DNA of 64,000 nucleotides from the human T2T-CHM13v2.0 reference genome, Homo sapiens (GCF_009914755.1 NC_060933.1); one strand, 5' to 3'. Positions 13,884 to 28,886 are shown, counted from the stretch's first letter. Notes: generated by a model from the letters alone, not told the origin. Numbers and translations: made by a program.

Positions 13884-14796
13884 AACTTGCTAGCTCATGA
13901 GAAACCTCTACCTCTGGAGAGAGTGTTCACACATCTGGAAGAAGTATTAAGAGATATGAAGAACATAGTCACATTATGTCCTCTTTTTATACTGAAAAAA
14001 TATTGAGTTGTGGGATTCAGGATATCTGAAACTTCAAGAAGTCTGAGACTTCAGGTATGATGGTATCAAACCAGTTGGTTAGTATATATTGCTGAAGTCT
14101 GGAGCTAGGGAGCCTGATTTCATTTGTTGTTAACTTGCATTTGCTGCATTATGGGATTTGAAAGGAAGTGATAAGCCTCATGATGCTGATGTTTAGTTCT
14201 TAACCTGAAATCAAGGCATTATCTGCTTTTGAGTCTATAGTTTGTCAGTACCTTAAAAGAAAGTAAATTTGCCTTTTGAATAACTTCTATACTCTATTGA
14301 GAATTAGTTTGTTTTTAATTCAGTCTAGTTTCTTGTAGTTAAATACAATAGTAATAATATTTGACATTGTCTCCAATATGTCAGATCGAGCTCTGGGCAC
14401 TAGACACATCTTATTTTTCTTGATCAGTGATGATGCACATTCAGAGATAATTGCTTTCTGTCCTATACTGGCCCCCTTTTTACAATGTGTCATTTTCAGG
14501 GTGGTCCTATATCTTACGTTGAATTGGAGGGAGTTTGGGATGAAGAAGAAAATAGGGCAGTGAGGCCCGGCTTAGATGTAGGTTTGCCCCCAATGTCCTG
14601 TACCCTTCTGGACTCATTTTTCTGGGTGTAATGGCTTAAATAAGCGCCAGCCACGTGTGTGATTTGTGGGATCACTCTCAAGATTCTTGAAGATTCAGAA
14701 TGGTCTTGTCCCATGAAAGCTGTAGCTGATGTCACCACCAAGTGGCTTTGGACTCTATCTCACAATTGGTTGAGTTTGGATTCCTAAAGTCAGTGG

Positions 14797-14960
14797 AGCC
14801 AGGGGCATGGTGGCATACGCCTGTCATCCCAGCACTTTGGGAGGGTGAGGTGGGAGGACTGCTTGAGCCCAGGAGTTCAAGGTTACAGTGAGCCGTGATC
14901 ACACCACTGCACTCCAGCCTGGGCAACAATGCAAGACCTGTCTCAAAACACAAAGAGAAG
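14797..14960 (+). mobile_element. Alu monomer (FRAM/FAM-like)
   Basis: Single right-arm-type monomer ending gacctgtctcaaaacacaaag. Confidence 0.85.
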
Positions 14961-15639
14961 CCAATGGACATGTTATTTTGGATTCGTCTTCTCTGTCGAT
15001 AAACCTACATGTGAATTCCTTTTTAGTCTGTAGTGCAACCGTCGTTAACTCTGAGGCTTTGACTTTGCTCTTTGATTAAGGCGGTAGGGGTGAGAGCAAA
15101 GGTTTTCTACCTTCTCTTTCATTTTATCAAGTGTGTGTGGGGAAGTTCTGAGGCATCTGTCTGGATAAAAGGACTTGTGTATAGAGAATGAGGTCAAAGT
15201 TAAGGGCCGCCTATCTCAATGTATGTTTGTATGATTATCAGGGGCCAAATTTTAGTGTAGCACTTTTGAAGCTTTAGGATTTTTTTTTTTTTAATGCCTT
15301 AGTTTGGACTTTTCCATGTTTTTTCAGTGTTTATAATAGTAAACACATAGGAAAAATTTTTACTAAAGGCTCTATTCTAGACATGGTGACTGCAGAAGAA
15401 GGCAAAAGTTGGTAGTGTGTTTTCTGGCTCATGATTACCCAGAAGAGAAAGCAGTGGGCAGAACATGAGGTGACGTTTGAGAGAAGCAGGCTGGCCAACC
15501 CCTGGAGGGAAGGAGGGACTGGTGGGAGAGTCAGCAGGGCCCTGGGCACCCCCCAGAGTTTGCCATAGTCAGATGCCCTGGCTTCCCACAGCTTCTCATC
15601 CATGCAGGCTTTCCTGCACTTCCACCCCTGCAGGTTCTG

Positions 15640-16068
15640 CTGAGGTGACACACAGTGGTTTATCTCAAAAGGGCTCTTACCTCACATAAGGGATTGTCAG
15701 ATATGTGCTCCTAGGGTTGGTGTAGCAGCTCAGCAACATCATGAGGTCTCATGCAGTTCCTGTCCTTCAGATTCACTGTCTCTGGGCAGGCTTGTCTTGA
15801 TAGCTGTGCTTACTTCAGACATCTTGCTGCCAAGGGCAGGAAGCGAGACAGTGTGAGAACTAGGCTCATCTACCCCCATTTGCGAGGAAAATCTTTCCTT
15901 GAAACACACTTGAAAACATCCTTTTATGTCCTGTGGCCAACTGTTAGAAAGGCTGGAAAGGTAACTGGCGAGTAACTGGTGTTTTTAGGGAAAGGGGCTC
16001 TGCCTGTGGAGAAGAAAGAAAAAGATGGAAGAAAGAAGGAAAAAGATTCATTGACAGAATCTGCCACA
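15640..16068 (-). mobile_element. Ancient MaLR LTR (MLT1J/K-like)
   Basis: Degenerate similarity (agggttggtgtagcagctcagcaacatcat...) and terminal tctgccaca. Confidence 0.5.
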
Positions 16069-16199
16069 ATATGTGCTTCTGATACCTCATTTCGTGACAC
16101 ATATTTACTTTTAGCACCTATTATTTGGTGGGCCCTGTGCTGTGGCTAAAAAACTAAGTAAGACATGTAGTTTCTGTATAGTGGCGCTTACAGACTTCA

Positions 16200-16353
16200 G
16201 TCTATGTTCTCAGCTCTGTGGAACATTATAAGTATGGACCCCTGGCCCCACCAAAATCAGTAGGATTAGAATATCTGAGGATAAGGGACAAACATTTGCA
16301 TTTCTGAAATCTTCCTGTGACTCTGGTGGATGCTGTGGGTTGAGAGCCATGGG
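16200..16353. mobile_element. MER5-type hAT-Charlie relic
   Basis: tgttctca...ctggccccacc...ttagaatatctgagg...atttgcatttc...ggttgagagccatgg. Confidence 0.6.
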
Positions 16354-16704
16354 TTTTTAGGGAGTTAAATTAGGCCTTTGTTGTTTGGGTTGGGGTTCTT
16401 CTGCATCTTCTATTTTTTTCCACCAGTATGAATTTTGAGTTCCAAAACATTAACTTAATATCTATTTATAAATTGGAGATGTGTAATGTTTTGTACATAT
16501 ATCATTTACAGTCTCTTTTCTCCAAGAATTAATAGGTGTTGTGAACACATATAGAATTGTGCCCACATATTTCATGATCAAGTAAACATGCCCAGTAGTA
16601 CTTTTAAGGGGAGGAAGGGAGAGTGTTGGAAAAGAAATAGAGTAGATGTTAAAGATAGGAATGCACTGTATATACCTCTTTCTGAAGAGCTTAGTAAATG
16701 TCCT

Positions 16705-16950
16705 GATGGCTGTTAGGAGTGCACGTAAAAAACCCAACATAATCACCTGGGACTGTGTTGGAATTGTCGTTCTGTGTGGAATAGTTGTGTGACCTGGGGC
16801 AAATGACATGTTTCTGTGAGGCTTAGTTTTCCTACCTGTAAAGAGGGCGTTCACTTGTGCCTCACAGGTTGTGAGGATGCGGGTGGTGATGGGAGAACTC
16901 GCCTGGCACCATGTCCCTCTCCCCAAGTACATATTTAGGAAGTGACTCAT
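16705..16950 (+). mobile_element. MIR SINE relic
   Basis: tagttgtgtgacctggggcaaatgac...cttagttttcctacctgtaaagaggg...cctcacaggttgtgaggat. Confidence 0.8.
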
Positions 16951-17689
16951 TGTGGGTCATTTTTATGTCAGGGAACTCCCTGAATATTAATTTGGGGGAA
17001 GACTGGTGGAGTTCAGGCCTGAGGTGCTGAGAAACAGTGTCTGTGGGGACAGTGTTTGCAGGGTAAGTGTCAACAGCAGGCTGGGCAGATGGATATTAGA
17101 TAGTTTTACTGACTTCTCACTCGCATTCAGGTGTACTTTTTTGCTAAAATGAAGGCAGTATGAAAAGAAGTGCCAATAACTAACAGTGGGTTTTTGTGGA
17201 CCAGATTGCTGAGAGAAGGAATTTGAAGGAGCTGTTGCTTATATCTTCAGAAACACAGTGTAGCTCTTGTGCCCCTTGTTGAATTTGAAAGGCCGTGTTT
17301 TGTAATCCCTTGGAAAAAACACCATCCTGGATGGTAGAGATTACTGCTAAGCTTTGACTGTATTTCCCACATCAGTTTCATATACTTCAGGTTTTTTGAT
17401 TCGATTAAAAAAACCCAATTAGTTTCTATTAACTGTTTAAAATTTTCGTAAAAGGTATTTTTGTAAGGCCTGATAATCATTTTCATTGATTTTTGGCAGC
17501 GTATTCCCAGTTCTTAGGAATGCATATTCAGGGTTGTCCTTTGATTTTGAGTGTTAATTTTTTAAAAAGATGACTGTTTTGTTGATTATTGAAATAGCAT
17601 GAAAACTTGTTTCTTTGAAGGTAAATAAAATTGAAACAGTTTTCAAACTTATATAATGATTTCTTTTCTTTTTTTAAATCATATTAGTA

Positions 17690-17990
17690 AAGATAATAAG
17701 AAAATGCCCAGTCCCCAGGAGAATGTAGTTGGTAGAGTGGGCACTGTGTTCTCTTGGCAGGAATATGATTGGAGTAAGCATCCTGAAGAGAAGGTGGGCA
17801 GTGTGCATCAGTCTTGGTAAACATCTTCTTGCGCTTTTACCATTTTCTCACACTCTTAGGAAATGAGCAGAAATGTAGGCAAAAGGTGATTGTTGTAGTG
17901 CCAGTTTTATCAGTGAAAATAGAATTGTAACTAAAATGTCCAATGATATAGGAATCATTGAATAACCAATTGTGTCCATACACTATAATT
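17690..17990 (+). mobile_element. Ancient L1ME-like fragment
   Basis: Degenerate ORF2-end/3' UTR similarity (aactaaaatgtccaatgatataggaatcattgaataaccaattgtgtccatacac). Confidence 0.5.
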
Positions 17991-18236
17991 TTTAAAAATT
18001 TTACAGAAAAGCATTGGAAAGGAAATCACTATGGCTAATAATATTACTACCCAAATATCCATTGTTGAAATTTGTAAAAATAAAAATATTTAATGACACC
18101 CTTTCTAGTTTATTAAAGGTAAAAAACTGTTAACAGTTCATTGTATATCTCTTAAAATATCAGCATATATCTGTATCTTTTCGAAAATCTACACAATGTT
18201 ATTCAAGATCCTATAGATTATTTTGCCATGTCTTTA

Positions 18237-18620
<384 letters not shown>

Positions 18621-20814
18621 TTACAGCAAGTAAAACATTTCTGGGTTATAGATACTTACTACAAGAAAATTGTTGTAGCGTATCCCAAAAGAATGTGACA
18701 GGTGGTTTGCAGTGGATTTTTTTTTTTTTTTGAGGGGCATCACAGAACCACAGTAGTACATAAGAGTTCATTGCACAGATCTTGTTAACAAATCAGAATG
18801 TTGAAAATGAACACCTTAGCTCATGGCTCTGTTTGCATTCCCTGGGTGCAGAGCAGATGGTAGGTGGGCTTGTGCTTGGTGCACGGGTCCAGTCTTGTCT
18901 TTGTTGATGGGCTGTGTCCACACCTGTCACCTCGGCTTATTCCACTACAGTGAATACTGGAAGAGATTTATAATGCCTTTGCAGTTTCTGTTTTACTGAA
19001 TGACAGCATTTATAACTGGGTCTGTATATTTGAAGGAATGTATTTTTAAGAAAAACTTTAATAAATTCCTTTAGTAATGCCTTTCTCTGGCATCATAAAG
19101 GAGTATTCCAGTGAATTTGGAAGATACGAGAGGAAAAAGTAACTAAACGGCGTTAGTCAACAGTTTTGTGGCAATGGGAAATTAAACTGGGAATAACACA
19201 AAAGAAAAAAAAACCTAGCTTGGTTTCTAAGTACGAGCCTAGGCAAGGAGGGCTACATTAAACAAAAAACAAACAAACAAAAAAATCCTCAGCACAACAA
19301 AATGCTAACTGCAATAACCATAAAGGATACTATAGATTTAAAACATTATTGTCCATTGTTGCAGAGAGCAGATGGTGCTTAAAATATCCTTTAATTTGAT
19401 GTGCTTCTTAAAAGAGCAAACAGCCAAAGAGTATATATCATCTATATTAAAAAATTAAATGCAAGCTTTTCTATTTTTGAGGATGCCATAGTATATATAG
19501 TTAACGAGGAACAAATGTAACATCAGTATGCCAACAGGGATACACATTGGAGGCCGTCTTGGCAGGAGATTGAGGGATAGATGAGGGAAAAGACTATGAA
19601 GAAACACTTCTAAACCCTGATTAGCCCTTGTATGAAACTCTTCTCGGTTGTATAATTTCCCCTCAAACTGACTCTACCAAGTGTTGATTGTCCTGAAATG
19701 TCTAGATTGTCTTACAACTACAGCCATTAGTTTGGGGGAACATACTTAGGTATATGGTCATAATTTTCAGAAAACATGGTTTCCTCCTTTAGTCTTTGAC
19801 ATTTGTTTAGAATATCAGAGAGGTTCTTCTGAATTTGGGTGCTGTATACACTTATGACCTTCAGAATTAATGCTGAATCCTAAGCCCTAAAATGATTCTT
19901 TTGAGAAAGCATGACCAAGACTTCGTAACAGATAACTGCCGTTCTCAGATTTGTAGGTGGGTTTAACTATAGCAGGGTATCTTAAATGGCATTTCTATAG
20001 TGTAGGGTCCTTGTGATCAATTTATGTTGCTTTTTGATCCAGTTACTATACAGACATGTTTGCTGGTGTTATTGAGATGGAAGGTGTCTGGGGCAAAGCT
20101 AAATCAGCCTGTGACTTCATTCAGCCCCTCAGACTGAAAAATGTGCTGAGCACAGATTCTCCTTCAATTCCTATTACCCTTTATTTTATGTTCACATTGA
20201 GGATCCTGCCAGTTAGAGTGGCCTCTGTGTAAACGAAGAAAATGATTTGGAGTTCAGATCCATATTTCTGAAAGTATCCAGGCTTTGAGTTGTGGAGAAT
20301 CTGGAGCCCAGATTCAAATGACTGAGTAAGTGACGCATAGCTACTTACCGAGAAAATTGGGAAGATGCAACACACTCTGTTTTCAAAGAAACATTTTGAG
20401 GTTGGAAAGTATACAGACATAGAATTTCAAAGGGCACATGTCAAGTTTAGTTGTAGATTAACATGATGCTGTGTGTGTTGATTTCATGATGAGAGAGCAC
20501 TTTTCCCTTGTTTTTTTTCTCCGTTTGCTTTCTGGAACTGATGGACATGATTGCAGATGGTGTCAGATTTGTTTTCTTAGAAGTAATTATTATTAAGCAT
20601 TGAAGTAAATGGTACTTCTCGTTTGTGGAAACTCCACAGGGTAAACCTCTCCAGGCAACACTATGGAAGGAATTCTCAGCATCGTGGTATACAGTTCCTA
20701 AGTACCTGTTGTTGTCTCAATAGAGTCTATGGGCGAATTGGGAGATTAGTGACTCCAAGTCTTCTGCCTCAATGGTTTTGTCTCTGAGGCAAAGGGCTGG
20801 TACACTGACCAGAG

Positions 20815-21049
20815 CCTCCCACCTCAGCCTCCCTAGTAGCTGGGACTACAGGTGCTCCCACCTCAGCCTCCTGAGTTGCTAGGACAACTACAGGCACATG
20901 CCGCCATGACTGGCTAATTTTTACATTTTTTGTAGAGATGAAGTCTTGCTTTTTTGCCCAGGCTGGTCTCGAACTCTTGGGCTCAAGTGATCCTCTCGTT
21001 TCAGCCTCCCCAAGTGCTGGAATTATAGGTGTCAGCCACTGTGCCAGGC
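20815..21049 (-). mobile_element. AluJ-like, 3'-truncated, with an internal ~40-bp tandem duplication
   Basis: ctcccacctcagcctcc...ctacagg occurs twice in tandem; no poly-T tail. Confidence 0.85.
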
Positions 21050-23034
21050 AGGTTTGGTTTTTAAAAATTTCTCTTTGGGTTACTAAAAGTGTTTGGCATT
21101 ACATGATTTTTGTAGTTATTTGTGCACAGTTGTAGACTCAAGTGAATTTTAAAATGAAATTGCCTTTAAATATTAGTATGGCAAAAATGAAAACAGCATT
21201 GCATAGTATTGTTTATTTATATGGGTGACGTAGATAGGTATTTTATTTCATGGGAACAATCTAAGATTTATGATATGGATCAAGGATTCTAGAAACTATT
21301 CTCGTAACCAGTTTTAAACAAGGTCATTTATAACACCTCTGCCCAATTTTACTATTGTGAAAATATGCTTACAAGCATTAAAGGATTGACTCAATAGATT
21401 TTTAGAAAAATCTCTGCTATACAGCTGTTAAAAACAGCAGGGTGTATGTATTGATGTGATAATGATCTTCAAAATATATTGTTATGTGACAAAGAGTAGT
21501 TAAGGAATACTTCTTTAGCATGAAGCTGTATTTTTAAAAAGCAATCTTAAAAATATGTAAATTGAATGAAAAATAAATGAAAGATAAACATGGTTAATGC
21601 TATGGCCAGAGGAATGAACTTGAGATACAGACAGGCAAACCCTCATCTTTTATGCGGTCTACTTCTGTGAGGTTGACATTCATTTATTTATTTTTTTTGC
21701 AAGTCTATTTTCATGTATTATTTAAAATTCAGTAAAATTATTGTTAAAGTTTTCAGTAGTATCTGTACATGTAGAGCTCTGGACCAATGTCTAAATGCAT
21801 CTTATAGACACATAGCAGAGATGTTTTAAAATTTGTTTCCTCCAGAATATTTAACTTGTAGCCAAAACTTTAGGGGAAGAGGGTAGTATAAATATGTGTC
21901 TTTACTCATAGGACTTTTTCAGCATTTAAAGCATTACTCTATAATTAATAATTGATATCTAATTAAGGGACATTTCACGTTGATTCTAAAATGGAAGTAA
22001 ACAGCACTAATACAATTACTAACTCAAAATGCTGTTGAAAGAATTAAAGTGGAATTCTGTGTTGAAACTATATTCAGATAAAATGGCGTTCTTTATTCCT
22101 TGTTGTAAAAACAGCCTGAAATTTTGTATTGGCTTTGGCTATGTATTTGTTTAACATTTTCATACAATTAAAAGTCACTATTAGACTGTAAATTGTATCA
22201 TGGACTATGGTACTTAAATATTAACATATTAAATTTTCTACTCAAAGATTCATAGACAGTGTGGAAAATTCACCAGCAGAGGACAGTGTCGCTTCATACA
22301 TTTTTTTTCCTGCAAAGTCCTTTGTAAGGAATGGATTTTCCTTATAACCTTGACCTAGAGTCTTAGAAGATATTTATTGGTTACACATTTGTAATCGGTA
22401 TGTTTTATATTGAAGAGAAGATGATAAAAATGGATGTAACTTAATGTAGTAAGGGCTATTTATACTATTGTTTATATTCCCTTTACATTAGTTGTTTCTT
22501 AAAGGAAGTGCCCATTTTATGTGTAGGAAGTTTGTGCATTTAACCTAAAATACCATCAAGTTGAAGTGCTGTCTTTTGTGAAATGAGGTTATAATTTTCT
22601 TCCAAATCTATTGCAAACTGTTAATGTGTTTAATCTCTACATGTTACTTAGTGTAGCTGCTGTGCGAAGTGGGTACAGACAGGCACACACAGTACAAAAA
22701 TGAAATAGAATGTATTGGGAGGGCCTTACAAGCTGACAAGTAGCAGTGTGTGCAGGTCCCCCACCACTCATTCTTTCACTGAGAGAATGAGGCTTGAGTG
22801 GGGCACAGGTGGGAACGGGCGTCCACGGAAGGACCCCACCTGGCCCAACATGCTCCATTTAGCCACGGAGAATCAGGGCAGAACACATCCCTGTGGGACC
22901 AGGTGTGACAAGATCTTCTTGGGGGGAGGATGTAGTCTTTGTAGCACTGACTTAGCAAAGAGGCCTCTTTTTGCTAAGTTTCTGAGGTGGGGGGTGGGGA
23001 GGTACCTAGCTTAATTGGGGACATTAAGTAGATT

Positions 23035-23242
23035 TTAGTGGTAAAGAGAGGACATTTAGTCTGCCTGGGTTTGAATCCTAGCATTGTCATTTACAGGTAA
23101 TATCATCTTGGGCAATTCATCTATAAATTGGGATAATAATACCAAATTGGAACAATAATGATAGGTTAGTTGTAATGATTAAATCAAATAATGAGAGTAA
23201 ACTCCTGGAGTAGTGACTGACACATGGCATGTAATAAACATT
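23035..23242 (+). mobile_element. MIR SINE relic
   Basis: tgcctgggtttgaatcctagc...cttgggcaa...catctataaattgggataataatacc. Confidence 0.8.
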
Positions 23243-24109
23243 TTTCTTTCTACGAGGTATTGATATTTATTAACCTCTTAAAAGCAATTTGGACTCCCTT
23301 TGTCTCTTATTGTCCTGTGACAGTTACCATGAGTGCATTCTCCCATTTTTGTTTACCAGATCTGCCCCAGGAACTTTTTAAAAGATTGATTTCTTTCTTT
23401 TGAAAATAAAACAAATATGTGAAACATACTGAAAATGCTAAAACCTACATGAGAGTATTAGAAAGTAAAGAATGTAATTCTATAATCAGCTACATATGGA
23501 TAGGCAGAGAGAGGGGTCTGCTTCTTGTCCAGCTGTAGCTCTGTGCTAGTGGAAGCATGTCCTGGAGTTCACGATGTGGCCAAGAGAACAGATGTAGTTA
23601 GGCAATGGAGGTGGGACAGAGAGCTGCAAAGTGCTGCACTTGCCCCTCTTACTGGACCCAAAAGGCTCTCAAGTGTAACACCTTTCTGTAGTGCTGTAGA
23701 TCATTAATCTGGGTGTGTGATGACCATCTGATCTAGCACATCCAGTGGCATTGTGCATATTGGGATAGGAATTTGATTTTGTGAACTCAAGCTATTCAGC
23801 AGGGCCCATGAAAAATCACCAGAAGGGTAGGTGGGTCTTTGCCACTGTCTGATGTTTCAAAGATTTCTTGTATTAAATGCTGTGTCCAAAATTATAGAAT
23901 ACTCTCCAGTTTGTATTTATGTAAAAAAAAAATAAAAATAAGCTTTCACTCGTATTTTTAACATGGCAGACTTTGTAAAAACATTTAATGAAACAAGTAA
24001 ATATATACACTTATTTTGAAGTCTTTAGTATTTTAGAGTATATTTGACAGCAAAAGAGGGTGAGGAAAAACAAATTTGGATTTCTGTCCCGCTAAAAAAT
24101 TCTTAAAAA

Positions 24110-25430
24110 AATATTTAATGTTAAATATATTAGAAGAAAATATAGGGGAGTATTTATTTGATCCTTGAGTGGAGCAAGACTTTTGAAGCGGCACATCATT
24201 GGTGGACACCATGAAAGAAGATTTCACGTATATCTTTGAAAATTGCAAGCTGAATAGAAAAGTATATGATAGGTAGTGGGTTAATATCCTTAATAAGGTG
24301 CATGTCCAAGTAATCCCTGGATGTCACTTAATAGCAAGTTCGTGAGAAGGAAAATATGGTAAAATTGAAATATTTTGAAGCTGAATATAAAATGTACTTG
24401 AATATTTTAAAATAAAACCATGTTTTAAGGAAATTTGATACATCTGGTATGCTGCATGGTTTTTACCTTCAGATGCCATGAGGTTATGAGTTACTCTTTT
24501 TTGCCATTAGGGGTCGTTTTTGGGCAAGTTTGAGAAGCAGCACTACATTAATATATAAAGAAATTCCCATTTGTAATTCATTAATCTTTAAATGGCTAAA
24601 CTTCATTGAGTCCTTACTTTGTGTCAGGCATAAGGCTGAACTTACATTAACTTGTTTAATTTTTACAACTGTCCTATAGAATAGTTAATGTTATTACCCC
24701 CATCTTATTAGAGAAAATTAAAGCACTGAGAGGCACAATTGTGGGTCCCTCCACACCAAAATTAGAAAAACTGGGCAAAAGACAGGCAGTTCACTAAAGC
24801 AGAAATATAGTCAGCAAATAACTACAAAACGTAAATATAATCTCATTAGTAGTCATAGAAATGCAAAGAGGTTAGTGCCATTTCTCACCTCTCAGATTGG
24901 TGCAGAAGACAAATGGAAATACTCAGTGCAGTTTTAAACTATGCAAATTAGTACACCCCAGAGCATGCCAAGGCACCAGCCTTAGAAATGTGTGCCCTGT
25001 GACCCTGCATCCACACCTGGGAATTTGTCCTATGGAAATAATCAGTAGTTGCCCAAGAATGTATTTATTTGGATAGTCTTCACAGTGTTGATTGTGAAAC
25101 TGAAAAAATTGATAGCAAGTAAATGTTGAACGCTGCGGGATAGTTGAATAGATGATGGTACATCCAGTCATGATATGCTAATTAGCATTAAAAATGATGT
25201 GGAGGTACGTTTATTGATATGTGTAGATAGATGTTTGTAATACACGGTCATGGATTAAAGAAAGGTTATAGAATAGGATCTTTTCTTAGTTTGAATGCTT
25301 ACTTGTATTACAAATTATAGAAAGATGTTTATTAAATTTTAGCGTCATCTTTGCAGGGTTTTAATTTGCTTATCTTTATTTTAAAATATTTCTATAGCAA
25401 CCAGTTATCACATGTGCAGTGAAAAAAATA
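24110..25430 (+). mobile_element. Ancient L1ME-like fragments (discontinuous)
   Basis: ttagaagaaaatataggggagtatt...; aaaactgggcaaaagacaggcagttcactaaag...; cacacctgggaatttgtcctatggaaataatc. Confidence 0.65.
24592..24733 (-). mobile_element. MIR SINE relic
   Basis: ggctaaacttcattgagtccttactttgtgtcaggca...ttattacccccatcttattagagaaaattaaagcactgagagg. Confidence 0.75.
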
Positions 25431-28377
25431 ACAGATTATTTTTTTAAAAGGGCTGGCTTAAATTACTTAATTTACTTAAAATTATGTATAGCTCTATTAA
25501 TAAAAAACTTTTATGCCATCACTTAGAGGATGAGGGAAAAAAACCTCCAACTTTTAATATGGAAGTAAAAAGACAAGAAGGTAGAAAATGATCAGCGATG
25601 AGGAATCTGAAAGATTAGAGTTTCCATAATTTGCTAGATTTGAGGCTTTGGATAAATTACCTGTTTCTAGCTTCAAACAGGAGTATAAATATCAATAATT
25701 CTTCAGTGTGCGTAATTGCATCTGATATTTGTAATGATGACTGTGGGCTGTCAAGCTAGTTAATGATTTTGATGAATTACATATCCCGATTAAGAAAATA
25801 AGCTAGTACATTAGTGAATTTTAGAATGAATAGTGTTAAATAGTTGAAATTCATGCCTGTCCTTCATGATACATTTCACTTCCTACCTCTGCTAGATAAG
25901 TCAGACCTGTTTAACAATGTTAGCACTTGTATAAAATGTTCATATTTAGTTCAAAAGGGAGAAATTTGACTAATCTCCTTGATCTCTAAAATAAGTTATT
26001 ATATCTAAAAACTTAATTAAATTATTGTGGTCATGAAGCTTTTGTTGACGTATTGCAAAGGACATGTTTGTGAACGTGTGTGACCCAGCTGAATGTTTCT
26101 GGCTCTGCATAAGAACATGGGAGGAGGCTGGTGCTGGGGCTCGGGGAGGTGGCAGGGACTGGGCACTGTTGCCTGAGGGGGTAAACACCCCATGTCCTGT
26201 GGATCCTGGTTCTGGCTTCTTAGGTCATGAGGCCCTTCTGCAGGGTTGCTCCCCTACTTTTGCCCAGGACTTGGGGCAGTTTGTGAGGTTTGTGAGGAAG
26301 GTGGAAACCCAGTGCCAAAACTAGATGGTAGCCAGACCATCTGTGAAGGTTTCTCCCAGGAGGTTGGCACAGAACGGGAAGATGGCAGGTGACCTTAGGA
26401 AAGAGGTTTTCTCAAGGTGCAGGCAGAGCCAGGGAGGGGCCTTCATGGTGCCTTGCTGTTTCTGGCCAGCCTTATTTCCTGCCCACCTGCCCCTTCCTCC
26501 TTTCCTGCCATTCTATGCTTCTCTGCATTCTCCTTTAGCAGCAAGTTGAGCTGCTCCTCCCCAGACTAACGAATACTTGATACCATGCAGCTCAGCTTTG
26601 CTGTCACTTCTTGCAGTCAGGACCCTTAACCTCTCCCCTGTGTGATAAAGTACTGTCTCCTAGGGTTATTCTGAAGACTGCTGGAGAAGATGTACACACC
26701 ATGCTGGCATTCCTTGACATGCTTCACATAGGCGCTGTTCTCTGAGGCAGGGTTCCAGGAAGCTCATAGTCCTGGCATTCATTGTAGAATGAATGAATAC
26801 AAATGCCTCTGCCAAACACAGTGGATAAAAACAGAAATGATCATTAATGTATGTGAATGGAGTAGATTGAAAGTAAAGAAAACCCATGTACAAATTGTTC
26901 ATTGTTCTATCTGAAGGGTAATAAATATACTGGGAGAGAGAGAATTTATATATTTGCAGCTTTAACTAATTTTGGTTTTGCTATAGTCCAAAGGCATTTC
27001 TGCTTAGAAATGTTTGTAAGGTTGTTTCTTTCCCCAGTAACTGGATTCTAATGAGGATAGCAGGTATTAGTGTCTTCTGAACTGATGGTTGCTCCCGGAG
27101 ATGTGTTGGTATTCCCTATGTGTTACCATGTGTGTTTTTTAATCCTTTTTTTAACTACTTTTGATAAAGAAATAAGGAAAAGAATATTTTTTTTCACTAT
27201 TTCTATTGTTGATATTTCAAGAATTGTGATATTCTTGGAGTTTTTCGTATGGTACCTTTTCTATATTGTTCCAAATCAGTGGGCATTTTCAGTATGTTGA
27301 GGAATTTAACAAAAAATAAAAAATAAAAAGCAAAGAAAATACTGGTCGTATCAGTCCTCCCTGGAATCAGTGGAAGTGAAAACTATGACATACTTGAGAC
27401 ATAACCTTGGTTAAGTAACGATGGTTTTAGTTCTGTGTTTGCAGCTAAACAAATAAAGCACTAGTACTTATTCTGGGATAAGGAATTGTCCATTTTCTTT
27501 CTAGATAATATAACTTGATTATATTTTTCAAAAAATTAGCTACCCAGGGATATGAAATGAAAAATAAAAAACCCTTTCATTAAAATGTTTCCTAGTATTA
27601 AAATTTAAATGCAAGCAAGTTGATTTAAAACAAGTAATTAGGTAATCTTGAAGGATATGGTGAAACAAACCCATTTGTTGTGATGTAGTGCAACATTTAA
27701 AGAATCTAATGCACTGTCTTAGGCTCTAGTTTGCAAAATGGGCTTTTATCATGTGTTTCCTTCTTTAGCTCATACCTTGCGCCAGCTGGTGAAGAATACG
27801 TTTCATGTACAGTGCGCTTCTCCATTGGGATTTGTGAGAGGCAGGCAAAGGGCTGTTACCTATACCTCTTCTCTGAAGGGTGGGTCAGTGGACTTCACTT
27901 GTCCTCCTGCCCTGTTGGTGGGTGTGGCAGAGCCCAAGGGGAGTCATTTCAGTGACAGCCAACCTGGCTGCCTTTCCTTCCTTCTTATCAGGAAAGCTAG
28001 CACATGGGAAAAATTGGACAGTTTCTACTCTATTATGATAATCCATATAAGCAGAATCACAAAATTCCCAGATGACAATTCAAACAGTTACTATAAAAAG
28101 TAATAAGGTGTATTTGACATCCTTTGAGGCCACACTAATGTCAGAGTTTCTGATAGTTTATGCGGTTTTAATGGACACATATTACTGTTAATGTAGATGG
28201 AAGGGATAGTATGAGAGTTGAGAGCAGGGAATGAGCTAACAGTCAGGGTTTAAGCACTCCTTTAGGAGCAACTGCACTTTCTGCGTTTCTTTTTCAATTC
28301 TGTTCCATCATCCTTGTTTGCAGTTGAAAGCCTGAGACTGTTATTTGTTTACAACATAGTACATTTTGTATTTTCCC

Positions 28378-28680
<303 letters not shown>

Positions 28681-28886
28681 CATATTTTCCCATTTTAATA
28701 AAGCATTGTCTAAGACAGTAACAGATGAGTACATCATTTCCTGGCTACTTGTAATACCGTTATGATATGCCACATGCTTTTGGTAAGATCAGTGCTTATA
28801 ATGAGGGGTGCAGAGGTATTGGACCAATTCATGAGTGCCTTTTGACATTAAAAAACATTAGCATTGTTTGTATTTATTATTATGTC

